Shown here: piece by piece, positions 48,910 to 56,093 of the stretch
Position numbering within the stretch: the stretch's first letter is position 1
How the letters are laid out: each line of letters begins with the position of its first letter
NCBI GenBank assembly: GCA_030765485.1
Contig: JAVCCR010000031.1
Location: 17,359-81,358, forward strand
Length of the DNA stretch: 64,000 bases
Origin: Candidatus Gygaella obscura
GTDB taxonomy: Bacteria; Omnitrophota; Gorgyraeia; Gygaellales; Gygaellaceae
Reading direction: 5' to 3'
The notes under the pieces: generated by a model
The model's input: the letters and a program-made list of their open reading frames with translations, nothing else
The model's database searches: none
Told to the model about the DNA's origin: nothing
Program-made: the position numbers and the translations under genes

Positions 48910-49129
48910 TTTTGTAACAAGGAGGAGTACAATGGTGTTAAGAAAAATAGATAAAATAGTTTTGGTGAATTGTCCTTTGTTTTTTGGTTTAGTGCTTTTA
49001 TTGACTGCAATAATGATTTCAAGACATCAAGCTGGAACTATTCATGAGCTTATTATGATTTCTTCAGGATTGATATGTGTTTCTATTTATTGCATAAGCT
49101 CATTGTTAGTCAGATTGATTGAAAAATAG
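48878..49129 (+). CDS. Possible small membrane protein (83 aa)
   Basis: Two hydrophobic helices. Overlaps the previous gene's end by 32 nt. Weak support. Confidence 0.25.
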   Translation: MLFLCLLWLNSFVTRRSTMVLRKIDKIVLVNCPLFFGLVLLLTAIMISRHQAGTIHELIMISSGLICVSIYCISSLLVRLIEK

Positions 49130-49137
49130 TCTTTTTT

Positions 49138-49818
49138 ATGCGCAAAAACAAAAGGCTTATCAGTATCGTTGTTTTGGTTTTTTTAGTTTTTGTAATTTTA
49201 TTTTCCAGTATCTATCTAGATATAGATAAGACAAAGATAGATAATTTCCTTTCTTCTTACCCCGGTTATCTTCAGTGGGTTTTATTTGTATTTTTGTATT
49301 CTGTGGTCGCTTATTTTATCTGGGTGATAAAAGATCCATTAAAAATCATCGCTGCTGTAATTTTTGGCGTATATATAAGTAGTTTACTTATATGGATAGC
49401 TGAGATAATCAATTGTTTTTTATTGTTTTTTACCTCCAGGATATTAATTCGAGGTTCTTTTTCACAGCGGTTTAAATCTAAATGGGTCAGTGTGCTAGAT
49501 AATAGGATTAAGAATTTAAGCCCGAGTTGGATTTTTCTTCTTAGGTTTGTTCCGTTAATTCCTTACAGGGTTTTAGATACGACGTTTGGTTTTACCAAGA
49601 TTAGTTTTAAAAAATACCTATTCATTATTATAATTGCTTCTCCGGTTAGGATATTCTGGGTTCAATATATAATCAGCGCAGTAGGTGCAAATATTTTGAA
49701 GAATCCCAAAGCTATAGCCAGGTATTTTAATACTGATCCGTTGTTGATGGTTTTAAGCTCTGTGTATTTTATTTTAATGTTGGTAGTTATTTTTAAGCTG
49801 AAGAGAAAAGCTAGATAG
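49138..49818 (+). CDS. TVP38/TMEM64 (DedA-superfamily, VTT domain) membrane protein
   Basis: 226 aa. 'LRFVPLIPYRVLDTTFGFTKISFKKYLFIIIIASPVRIFW' resembles the VTT-domain core. Confidence 0.55.
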   Translation: MRKNKRLISIVVLVFLVFVILFSSIYLDIDKTKIDNFLSSYPGYLQWVLFVFLYSVVAYFIWVIKDPLKIIAAVIFGVYISSLLIWIAEIINCFLLFFTSRILIRGSFSQRFKSKWVSVLDNRIKNLSPSWIFLLRFVPLIPYRVLDTTFGFTKISFKKYLFIIIIASPVRIFWVQYIISAVGANILKNPKAIARYFNTDPLLMVLSSVYFILMLVVIFKLKRKAR

Positions 49819-50833
49819 TTCTTTGCAGGGCAAGGTAGACGATTTTATTGATCAGCTGTTCGTAACTTACGCCGGTTTTTTCAGCAGCCTGGGCTACTTC
49901 ATCAATATAGGCAAGGCATGGGTTTGCATTAGGTTCTAGGATATAAATTATTCCTTTATCAGGTGTAATCCTTATATCAAATCTGGCATAACTTTGAAAT
50001 TCCAAAGCCCTGTACGCACGCTTACAGACTTCCTCGATTTTTTTAGCCATTCCATTGGGCAGTTTTCCAGCATAGACGCTTTTTATTCCCCATTTATCGC
50101 GGTATTTGTCATCCCATTTTGCTTTATATGTGGCGATTCTAGGTTCATCTTCGGGCAGCTCTCCGAATTTTAACTCTCGAGCAGGCAAGACTGTTAATCT
50201 TTTATTGCCGATGACAGTTACGTATAGTTCTCTGCCATCAACATATTCCTCGGCTATGGCATCCATGGACATGCTTTCATGGATAAATTTTATTCTTTCA
50301 ATCAAAGAGTCTTCATTATCCACTATGGAACTTTGTGCAATACCTCGGGAAGCTTCTTCGCACAGAGGTTTTATTACAAGAGGAAGCTTCAGGTATTTAG
50401 GGAGCCAAACCTTATGGTTTCTTTTAAAAGTATAGAATCTAGGTACACGCAAACGGTGGAACCTAAGAATTTTTTTACTTAGCGCTTTGTTGTTGCAGAT
50501 AAACAACACTCCTGAGGAAGCCCCAGTATAAGGGATTTCCAGTATTTCTAAAAGTGACGCAACATTTTTGTCCAGATAGGTCTTATTATTAAATACTTCA
50601 GTAAGGTTAAATACTAAATCTGGTTTGAAATCTTTGATTTCTTCTAAAAGTGCGTTTATGTCATTAAATAGACCCAGTAATCTTACTTCATGGCCGTTTT
50701 TAATCAGGGCCTGATATACGTCGCGTTCGGTATACCAGTTTTCTTCATCTTTAAATTCTTTGTCAAAGGAGTATTCTTTGGGTGTAAAGTATGGAGTATC
50801 GAAAAGTAAGATGATTTTTAGTTTCTTTTTCAT
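49811..50833 (-). CDS. ATP-grasp ligase, D-Ala-D-Ala-ligase-like family
   Basis: 340 aa. Ddl-like N-terminus 'KIILLFDTPYFTPKEYSF...HEVRLLGL...DLVFNLTE'. ATP-grasp core 'LPLVIKPLCEEASRGI', 'EEYVDGRELYVTVIG', 'ARFDIRITPDKGIIYILEPNANP'. Confidence 0.75.
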   Translation of the reverse strand: MKKKLKIILLFDTPYFTPKEYSFDKEFKDEENWYTERDVYQALIKNGHEVRLLGLFNDINALLEEIKDFKPDLVFNLTEVFNNKTYLDKNVASLLEILEIPYTGASSGVLFICNNKALSKKILRFHRLRVPRFYTFKRNHKVWLPKYLKLPLVIKPLCEEASRGIAQSSIVDNEDSLIERIKFIHESMSMDAIAEEYVDGRELYVTVIGNKRLTVLPARELKFGELPEDEPRIATYKAKWDDKYRDKWGIKSVYAGKLPNGMAKKIEEVCKRAYRALEFQSYARFDIRITPDKGIIYILEPNANPCLAYIDEVAQAAEKTGVSYEQLINKIVYLALQRTI

Positions 50834-51840
50834 TTTCTGGTTTTTAAACGCCCGGTATGTAGATAGTTCATTACTAAAGTTGTTATATAGGCGGTAATCT
50901 TTGAAATAATCGTGGTTTCGTCTTTACTGCTAACAAGTTTTAACTTCTTGCAGCGGGATTTTATATTTTTTAATACATCGTTTATGATATATTTTTTTTC
51001 ACCTGTCCAGGCAGAGACATTATTTAGGATTTCTTTTTTGTAGCGATTAATTATATCATATGCCTTGGGAAGTTTTTGGGTTTCTTCAGTATAGGCAGTA
51101 AATATCTTGGATAGATTTGTATCATGAAAGTCAGGGAAGTCCTCTAAACTGAAGTTTTTTCTTTTCTTGTAGTAATTTTTTAAGGTTGATTTTATTCTTG
51201 AAGCCTGCCAGTATTTTTTTCCCTTTTTAACCAATGCAGGATGTTTTTTTATTTTGTTCATCAGAGAATCCATATACTCAAGCTTTTTTAAGGCTTTCCA
51301 GTTTTTGTATCTATTTTGCCAATTCGAATCTGGAGTAAGCCATACGGCAAATGTTTCTGCAAAGTCTTCATCAGGGTGGTACTGTGCATAATAATCTTCC
51401 AAATGTCTTACGAATGCTTTACTGTAAGGTCTGAATCGGTATGTATCGGCGTAGGTTGCAGAAGGACTACCGAAAACTTTTTTCCATTTTGGCTTTTTGA
51501 AGAGCTGATAAGCATAATTTATGGCATGTCCTGTTTCATGGCGAAGTAGTTTCATACACCATTCTTTTGTGCCGCCTTCGACTTCTAGCATCATTTTTTT
51601 TTCTAGTCTCATAAGGGCTTCATCAGCCAGATAAAAGGGGATACCGATTATGGGTTCTCCTTCAGGGGTAAGCCATTCGTCTGCTAAGTAACAACTGGGA
51701 CGAAATAACAGGTTTTTTAGTTGAAGCTCTTCATAAAGCTTATTGATGCATTCAGACAGCCAGGTATTTTCAATTTTTACCGGTAGATCCCTAATTCTTA
51801 GATCCAGTATTTGTTCTTCGTTAAGATTTGATAGGTTCAT
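50830..51840 (-). CDS. Zincin-like putative metallopeptidase (HExxH), cytoplasmic
   Basis: 336 aa. 'LLRHETGHAINYAYQL' HExxH, with downstream 'HPDEDFAETFAVWLTPD' supplying a candidate third ligand/Glu. No signal peptide. Stop overlaps the ATP-grasp gene's start (ATGA). Confidence 0.6.
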   Translation of the reverse strand: MNLSNLNEEQILDLRIRDLPVKIENTWLSECINKLYEELQLKNLLFRPSCYLADEWLTPEGEPIIGIPFYLADEALMRLEKKMMLEVEGGTKEWCMKLLRHETGHAINYAYQLFKKPKWKKVFGSPSATYADTYRFRPYSKAFVRHLEDYYAQYHPDEDFAETFAVWLTPDSNWQNRYKNWKALKKLEYMDSLMNKIKKHPALVKKGKKYWQASRIKSTLKNYYKKRKNFSLEDFPDFHDTNLSKIFTAYTEETQKLPKAYDIINRYKKEILNNVSAWTGEKKYIINDVLKNIKSRCKKLKLVSSKDETTIISKITAYITTLVMNYLHTGRLKTRK

Positions 51841-51957
51841 AGTGTTTTAGTTATAAGTAGTTGCTTTAGGTTATATTCTAACAAATTCACTCAAAAATTC
51901 TATTAAAATTATAAAACAATAGTATAATAGTTTTAAGGTATAACAAAAGGAGGGGAT

Positions 51958-52320
51958 ATGTTTGCTAATATTATTGGATGGCTTTTAATCATATGGGGGA
52001 TACTTTTTATTATGAAGCCGGAATTTTTAAGAAAAAAGCTTCAGAAAAAAAGCCAGAAAACCATTAAAAAAATAATTCTGGGGATTACAGTTTCGTTTTC
52101 AGTGCTTATCATTATTGCCGCTTTTAAGACAGAAGGCATGGTTTCTAAGATTTTAGCTGTTTTGGCTATTATTGCCGTTATCAAGGCATTTTTGATGGTT
52201 AAATCAAAGGTTTCGGATAAACTTATCGAGTGGTATATGAAACTGTCGGTTAAGGTATTGGTTTTAGGCGGTGCAATGCAGGTTTTAATAGGCGTATCAA
52301 TTTTGGTAGTTAATAAATAA
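51958..52320 (+). CDS. Hypothetical small membrane protein
   Basis: 120 aa, three TM helices. A good SD 'aaaggagggg' upstream. Its last ~32 codons are duplicated at 53711-53807. Confidence 0.45.
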   Translation: MFANIIGWLLIIWGILFIMKPEFLRKKLQKKSQKTIKKIILGITVSFSVLIIIAAFKTEGMVSKILAVLAIIAVIKAFLMVKSKVSDKLIEWYMKLSVKVLVLGGAMQVLIGVSILVVNK

Positions 52321-52353
52321 AGTCTATGAGAAGATTTGTTATTGTTAGTTTAA
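52224..52353. repeat. 130-bp direct repeat, copy A (3' end of the 120-aa gene + intergenic + truncated 5' copy of the DUF481 gene)
   Basis: Aligned by eye to 53711-53840: ~95% identity (about 6 mismatches in 130 nt). Confidence 0.8.
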
Positions 52354-52405
52354 TAGTCACGATTAGTTTAATGATTTTTAATATGTTTAATTAAGTTATG
52401 GAGCA

Positions 52406-53653
52406 GTGATGAAAAAAATTATTTTATTTATATTTTTTCATTTTTTATATTCTTTTTCTTTTGCCCAAGAGGTTGAGGAAATCCGCATTGTTACTTATTA
52501 TCCAGCCCCTTACGGAAGTTATACTGAGTTGACTACTGAGCGAATGAAGATCGGTCCGACTTTTTCTCAGAGTGGTACAACTGTTGGTGACGGTAATTTA
52601 ATTGTAGAAAATAATGTTGCAATAGGCACGGATACGCCAATTAGTGGAGTACCAGGATCAGATAAGATTTTGACGATTGGTGGCACAAACCCGACACTAA
52701 GGTTTGATGATTTAGATGTAGGTGATAATGATATGGAAATACACGTACAAAACGGAGAGATGGGTTTTTATGAGCTAAGTACTTTAAGAATGATGTTAAA
52801 AGGGGGCTATTTGGGAATTGGTACGGATTCTCCTTCTGACAAATTGACTGTAGAAGAAGGAGTTATTAATATAAGGTCAGCAGGTGGTGCTTTGAAATTT
52901 ACAGATACCAATGAAAATGATGCAGGGCAAATTAGGTTAGCTACGCTATCGGTAAAAGGGCTAGAATTTTTGGTTGATTCAAATGGTGATAAGATAGCAG
53001 AACTTATTGCGATGAATATAGATCCTGACGGTAATGTGGGTATTGGTACAACTAACCCGGAAGCAAAGTTACATATTTTAGACACTAGCGATGGTTCTTC
53101 CGGAGGTTCGGCGCCAGCTGGTTCGGATAGATTGGTTATAGAAGGAGGGTTTAACGCCTATATCAATGAGATTTCCCATCCCAATGCATGGGGAGGAATT
53201 CTCTTTTCCGATGATGTTAGGGGAAGAGGATCAATTAAATATGGACACTTTAACGATGTGCTTGAGATTAACGTTGCCGGTTCATCGGCGATGTCCATTG
53301 ATAAAAGCGGTAATATCACGGGAACTTATGGAAGTTATCATGTCGCTTCGGATGAGCGGTTAAAGAAAGATATTACTACGATTCAGGATGCATTGGATAA
53401 AGTTTTAAGTTTGAGGGGTGTGAATTTTCACTGGAAAGATTCTAATTTAAATCAAGGTAAATTGCGTATGGGGTTAGTTGCACAAGAGGTTGAAAAAGTT
53501 GTTCCCGAGGTTGTTCATACTGTAGATGATGAAATGCAGACAAAGGCAGTTGAATATCAATATTTGGTTGGTTTATTGATAGAAGCAATTAAAGATCAGC
53601 AGAAGCAGATAAATAATTTAAAAACAGAAGTTGAAATACTTAAGAATAATTAA
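52406..53653 (+). CDS. Secreted fibre-like protein with C-terminal peptidase S74 (intramolecular-chaperone, self-cleaving) domain
   Basis: 415 aa. Signal peptide 'MMKKIILFIFFHFLYSFSFAQE'. Repeated 'N-V-(A/G)-IGT-(D/T)-x-P' motifs at three positions, resembling tail-fibre/beta-helix repeats. C-terminus 'ASDERLKKDITTIQDALDKVLSLRGVNFHWKD...GLVAQEVEKVVPEVV' matches the endosialidase-type chaperone domain that autocleaves at Ser. Confidence 0.75.
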   Translation: MMKKIILFIFFHFLYSFSFAQEVEEIRIVTYYPAPYGSYTELTTERMKIGPTFSQSGTTVGDGNLIVENNVAIGTDTPISGVPGSDKILTIGGTNPTLRFDDLDVGDNDMEIHVQNGEMGFYELSTLRMMLKGGYLGIGTDSPSDKLTVEEGVINIRSAGGALKFTDTNENDAGQIRLATLSVKGLEFLVDSNGDKIAELIAMNIDPDGNVGIGTTNPEAKLHILDTSDGSSGGSAPAGSDRLVIEGGFNAYINEISHPNAWGGILFSDDVRGRGSIKYGHFNDVLEINVAGSSAMSIDKSGNITGTYGSYHVASDERLKKDITTIQDALDKVLSLRGVNFHWKDSNLNQGKLRMGLVAQEVEKVVPEVVHTVDDEMQTKAVEYQYLVGLLIEAIKDQQKQINNLKTEVEILKNN

Positions 53654-53710
53654 TAAAAAACAATATGAAAAAAATACTTAACTGGCAGTTTCATATACCA
53701 CTCGATAAGT

Positions 53711-53840
53711 TTATCGAGTGGTATATGAAGTTACCGGTTAAGGTTTTGGTTTTAGGTGGTGCAATGCAGGTTTTAATAAGCGTATCAATTTTGGTAGTTA
53801 ATAAATAAAGTCTATGAGAAGATTTGTTATTGTTAGTTTA
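53711..53840. repeat. 130-bp direct repeat, copy B (orphan 3' fragment of the 120-aa gene + intact start of the DUF481 gene)
   Basis: Contains an out-of-context '...EWYMKLPVKVLVLGGAMQVLISVSILVVNK*' remnant with no start, and the intact ATG of the 53814 gene. Confidence 0.8.
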
Positions 53841-54719
53841 TTAGTTTTAGTTTTAGCAAGCATTTGTTTTGCTCAAGATATTTCAAAGGTCGTACTGGAT
53901 AATGGCGATATTATAAATGCAAAGATCGTTCAAGAGAATAAAGATAGCATAACTATAGAAAGCGATATCTTAGGCAGACTTTATATTGAGAAGAAACATG
54001 TTAAAGATATCGTTTTTTTAGGGCAAGATGGGGTCAAGGAAAAGCCTCAGAAATCAGCAAAAGACTCTTTGTGGAAGAAAGAAATTTCTTTGGGTTTAAA
54101 TAAAGTTAGTGGCAATACGAGAAGCTCTAAGACGAACAGTTCAATATTTTTAAACAGAAAAACTTCTACTGATGAGTTTACCATCAAAGCCAATACTCTT
54201 TACGGCTCATCCAGCAATAAGATGGATACGCAGAAATGGTATACGATGCTGCGTTATGCCTTTAGTTTCAAAGATAAAAGGTGGTACAACTTTTATAAGC
54301 TTGAAAGCGATCACGATAGGTTTACGAATATAGATTATAGAATTACTCCGACAACCGGATTAGGTTATTGGTTTAGTGATGCAGATAATTTTAAGGCAAT
54401 GGTAGAATTAGGTGTAGGTTGTGAACACACAAGCTTCAGGGATAATACAAAAAATAAGAATGAGGCGATTTTGATTCCCCGTGCATTTTTAGAAAAGCAG
54501 CTTTTTGATAAGTTAAGGTTTTCCCAGGAATTAGTATTATACCCAAAGCTTGAGAATGCCGGAGACTTCAGGCTGCATTCTGAGAGTGTAGTTAAAAATT
54601 ATATAGATGAGAATTCATTCATCGCCTTAAGTTTTATAGATGATTATAATTCAAAACCCGATAGCAATACAAAAAAGAACGATTCTCGGTTTATGACTAG
54701 TTTAAATTATGAGTTTTAG
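53814..54719 (+). CDS. DUF481-family putative outer-membrane beta-barrel protein
   Basis: 301 aa. Signal peptide 'MRRFVIVSLLVLVLASICFAQD'. N-terminal 'VVLDNGDIINAKIVQENKDSITIESDILGRLYIEKKHVKDIVF' beta-hairpin module typical of DUF481. Alternating-hydrophobic strands. C-terminal 'LNYEF' aromatic terminus. Confidence 0.6.
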   Translation: MRRFVIVSLLVLVLASICFAQDISKVVLDNGDIINAKIVQENKDSITIESDILGRLYIEKKHVKDIVFLGQDGVKEKPQKSAKDSLWKKEISLGLNKVSGNTRSSKTNSSIFLNRKTSTDEFTIKANTLYGSSSNKMDTQKWYTMLRYAFSFKDKRWYNFYKLESDHDRFTNIDYRITPTTGLGYWFSDADNFKAMVELGVGCEHTSFRDNTKNKNEAILIPRAFLEKQLFDKLRFSQELVLYPKLENAGDFRLHSESVVKNYIDENSFIALSFIDDYNSKPDSNTKKNDSRFMTSLNYEF

Positions 54720-54730
54720 GAGTCAAAATA

Positions 54731-55474
54731 ATGAAGAAAATTCTTAATTGGCAGCTTATTTTAGGATTATTATTGATTGCGCTTTCTGCAGGAGTTTATT
54801 ATCTTCATTTTTTGATCTTTAGAGACATTCACCATATATTTATATATCTTGTGGGAGATATTGCTTTTGTATTCTTTGAGGTTTTGCTGGTTACTTTAGT
54901 GTTACATAACCTGCTGCATTTTCGTGAAAAGAGGTCTCTTTTAAAAAAACTTAACATGGTAATAGGTTCTTTTTTCACTGAATTGGGCACCGATTTATTA
55001 AAGACTTTTTCCGAGTTTGATCATAATAGCAAGATATTAGCAAAGGCGTTGATTGTTTCTGATAAATGGCTTGAAAAAGATTTTATAAGAGTGTGCAGGT
55101 TGGTAAAAAGACATACAAGTGATTTAAATATAAACAAAGATAGCCTTAATTCATTAAAAGAGTTCTTGAATAGGAAAAGAGATTTTCTGTTAAGTTTATT
55201 AGGTAATTCTAATCTCCTAGAACATGAGTCTTTTACCGATTTATTATGGGCGGTTTTTCATCTTACAGAAGAACTTTCTTACCGGGTTGATTTTAAACAG
55301 TTGCCCCAGACAGATATAGAGCACTTAACTAATGATGTGAAGCGGGTCTACGCACAGCTTTTGTCCGAATGGATTATGTACATGGCTCATTTAAAGAATA
55401 ATTATCCATATTTATTTTCATTGGCTTTAAGGACTAATCCTTTTGATAAAGAAGTTTCTGTTGTTGTAGCATAG
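54731..55474 (+). CDS. Hypothetical membrane protein (N-terminal TM pair + cytoplasmic helical domain)
   Basis: 247 aa. No recognisable motif. Confidence 0.45.
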   Translation: MKKILNWQLILGLLLIALSAGVYYLHFLIFRDIHHIFIYLVGDIAFVFFEVLLVTLVLHNLLHFREKRSLLKKLNMVIGSFFTELGTDLLKTFSEFDHNSKILAKALIVSDKWLEKDFIRVCRLVKRHTSDLNINKDSLNSLKEFLNRKRDFLLSLLGNSNLLEHESFTDLLWAVFHLTEELSYRVDFKQLPQTDIEHLTNDVKRVYAQLLSEWIMYMAHLKNNYPYLFSLALRTNPFDKEVSVVVA

Positions 55475-55568
55475 GCAGGCTATAAAAACATCCTTTACAG
55501 TTGCGGGAAAATCTGGTAATATTTATTTTTGTTTGCAACCATTGGTAAATAAACAAGAAGTAGATTTC

Positions 55569-55641
55569 GGGCCGTTAGCTCAATTGGTAGAGCGGCAGAC
55601 TCTTAATCTGTAGGTTGCAGGTTCGATTCCTGCACGGCTCA
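55569..55641 (+). tRNA. tRNA-Lys (anticodon CTT)
   Basis: gggccgt acceptor, D-arm gctcaattggtagagc, anticodon stem gcaga/tctgt with loop cTCTTaa, T-arm gcaggttcgattcctgc. Confidence 0.85.
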
Positions 55642-55655
55642 TAAATTTAATAATA

Positions 55656-56075
55656 GTGAAGGCCAATATATACGAGTTAATCAGTCATACTGCAGATATT
55701 GGTATCAGGTTAAAGGCCAACTCTTTAGAAGACGTTTTTTGTAGTGCTGCCAGTGCCATGTTTGATATCATGGCAAAAACAAAATCTCCTGTCAAAATAA
55801 AACAATCCTTAGATATAAATTTAACTGCTGATTCTTATGAGGATCTTCTTGTCTATTGGTTGAATGAATTGCTTTCACTTTCACAGGTCAAGCAGCTTGT
55901 TTTTAGTGGATTTGTTATTAAGGAACTTAAAAAAAATAAGCTCAAAGCTGTTGTAGAGGGGAGAGCTTTAAATAGTTATACAATAAATACAGAGATTAAG
56001 GCAGCGACGTTTCATGGTTTGAAGTTAACTCAGATTAAAGGTAGTTGGCAGTTAGAATTAATTTTTGATGTATAA
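55656..56075 (+). CDS. Archease (RtcB activator)
   Basis: 139 aa. 'YELISHTADIGIRLKANSLEDVFCSAASAMFDIM' and 'EDLLVYWLNELLSL' are archease signatures. Confidence 0.8.
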   Translation: MKANIYELISHTADIGIRLKANSLEDVFCSAASAMFDIMAKTKSPVKIKQSLDINLTADSYEDLLVYWLNELLSLSQVKQLVFSGFVIKELKKNKLKAVVEGRALNSYTINTEIKAATFHGLKLTQIKGSWQLELIFDV

Positions 56076-56093
56076 GGAAAAAAGGAGACAGAA

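Noticed and set aside
52406-53653. Interpreting the S74-domain gene as part of a prophage or tailocin
   Set aside because: No portal, terminase, capsid, sheath/tube, baseplate, holin/endolysin or integrase genes occur anywhere in the window. The cassette is a single gene bounded by duplicated host junction sequence.
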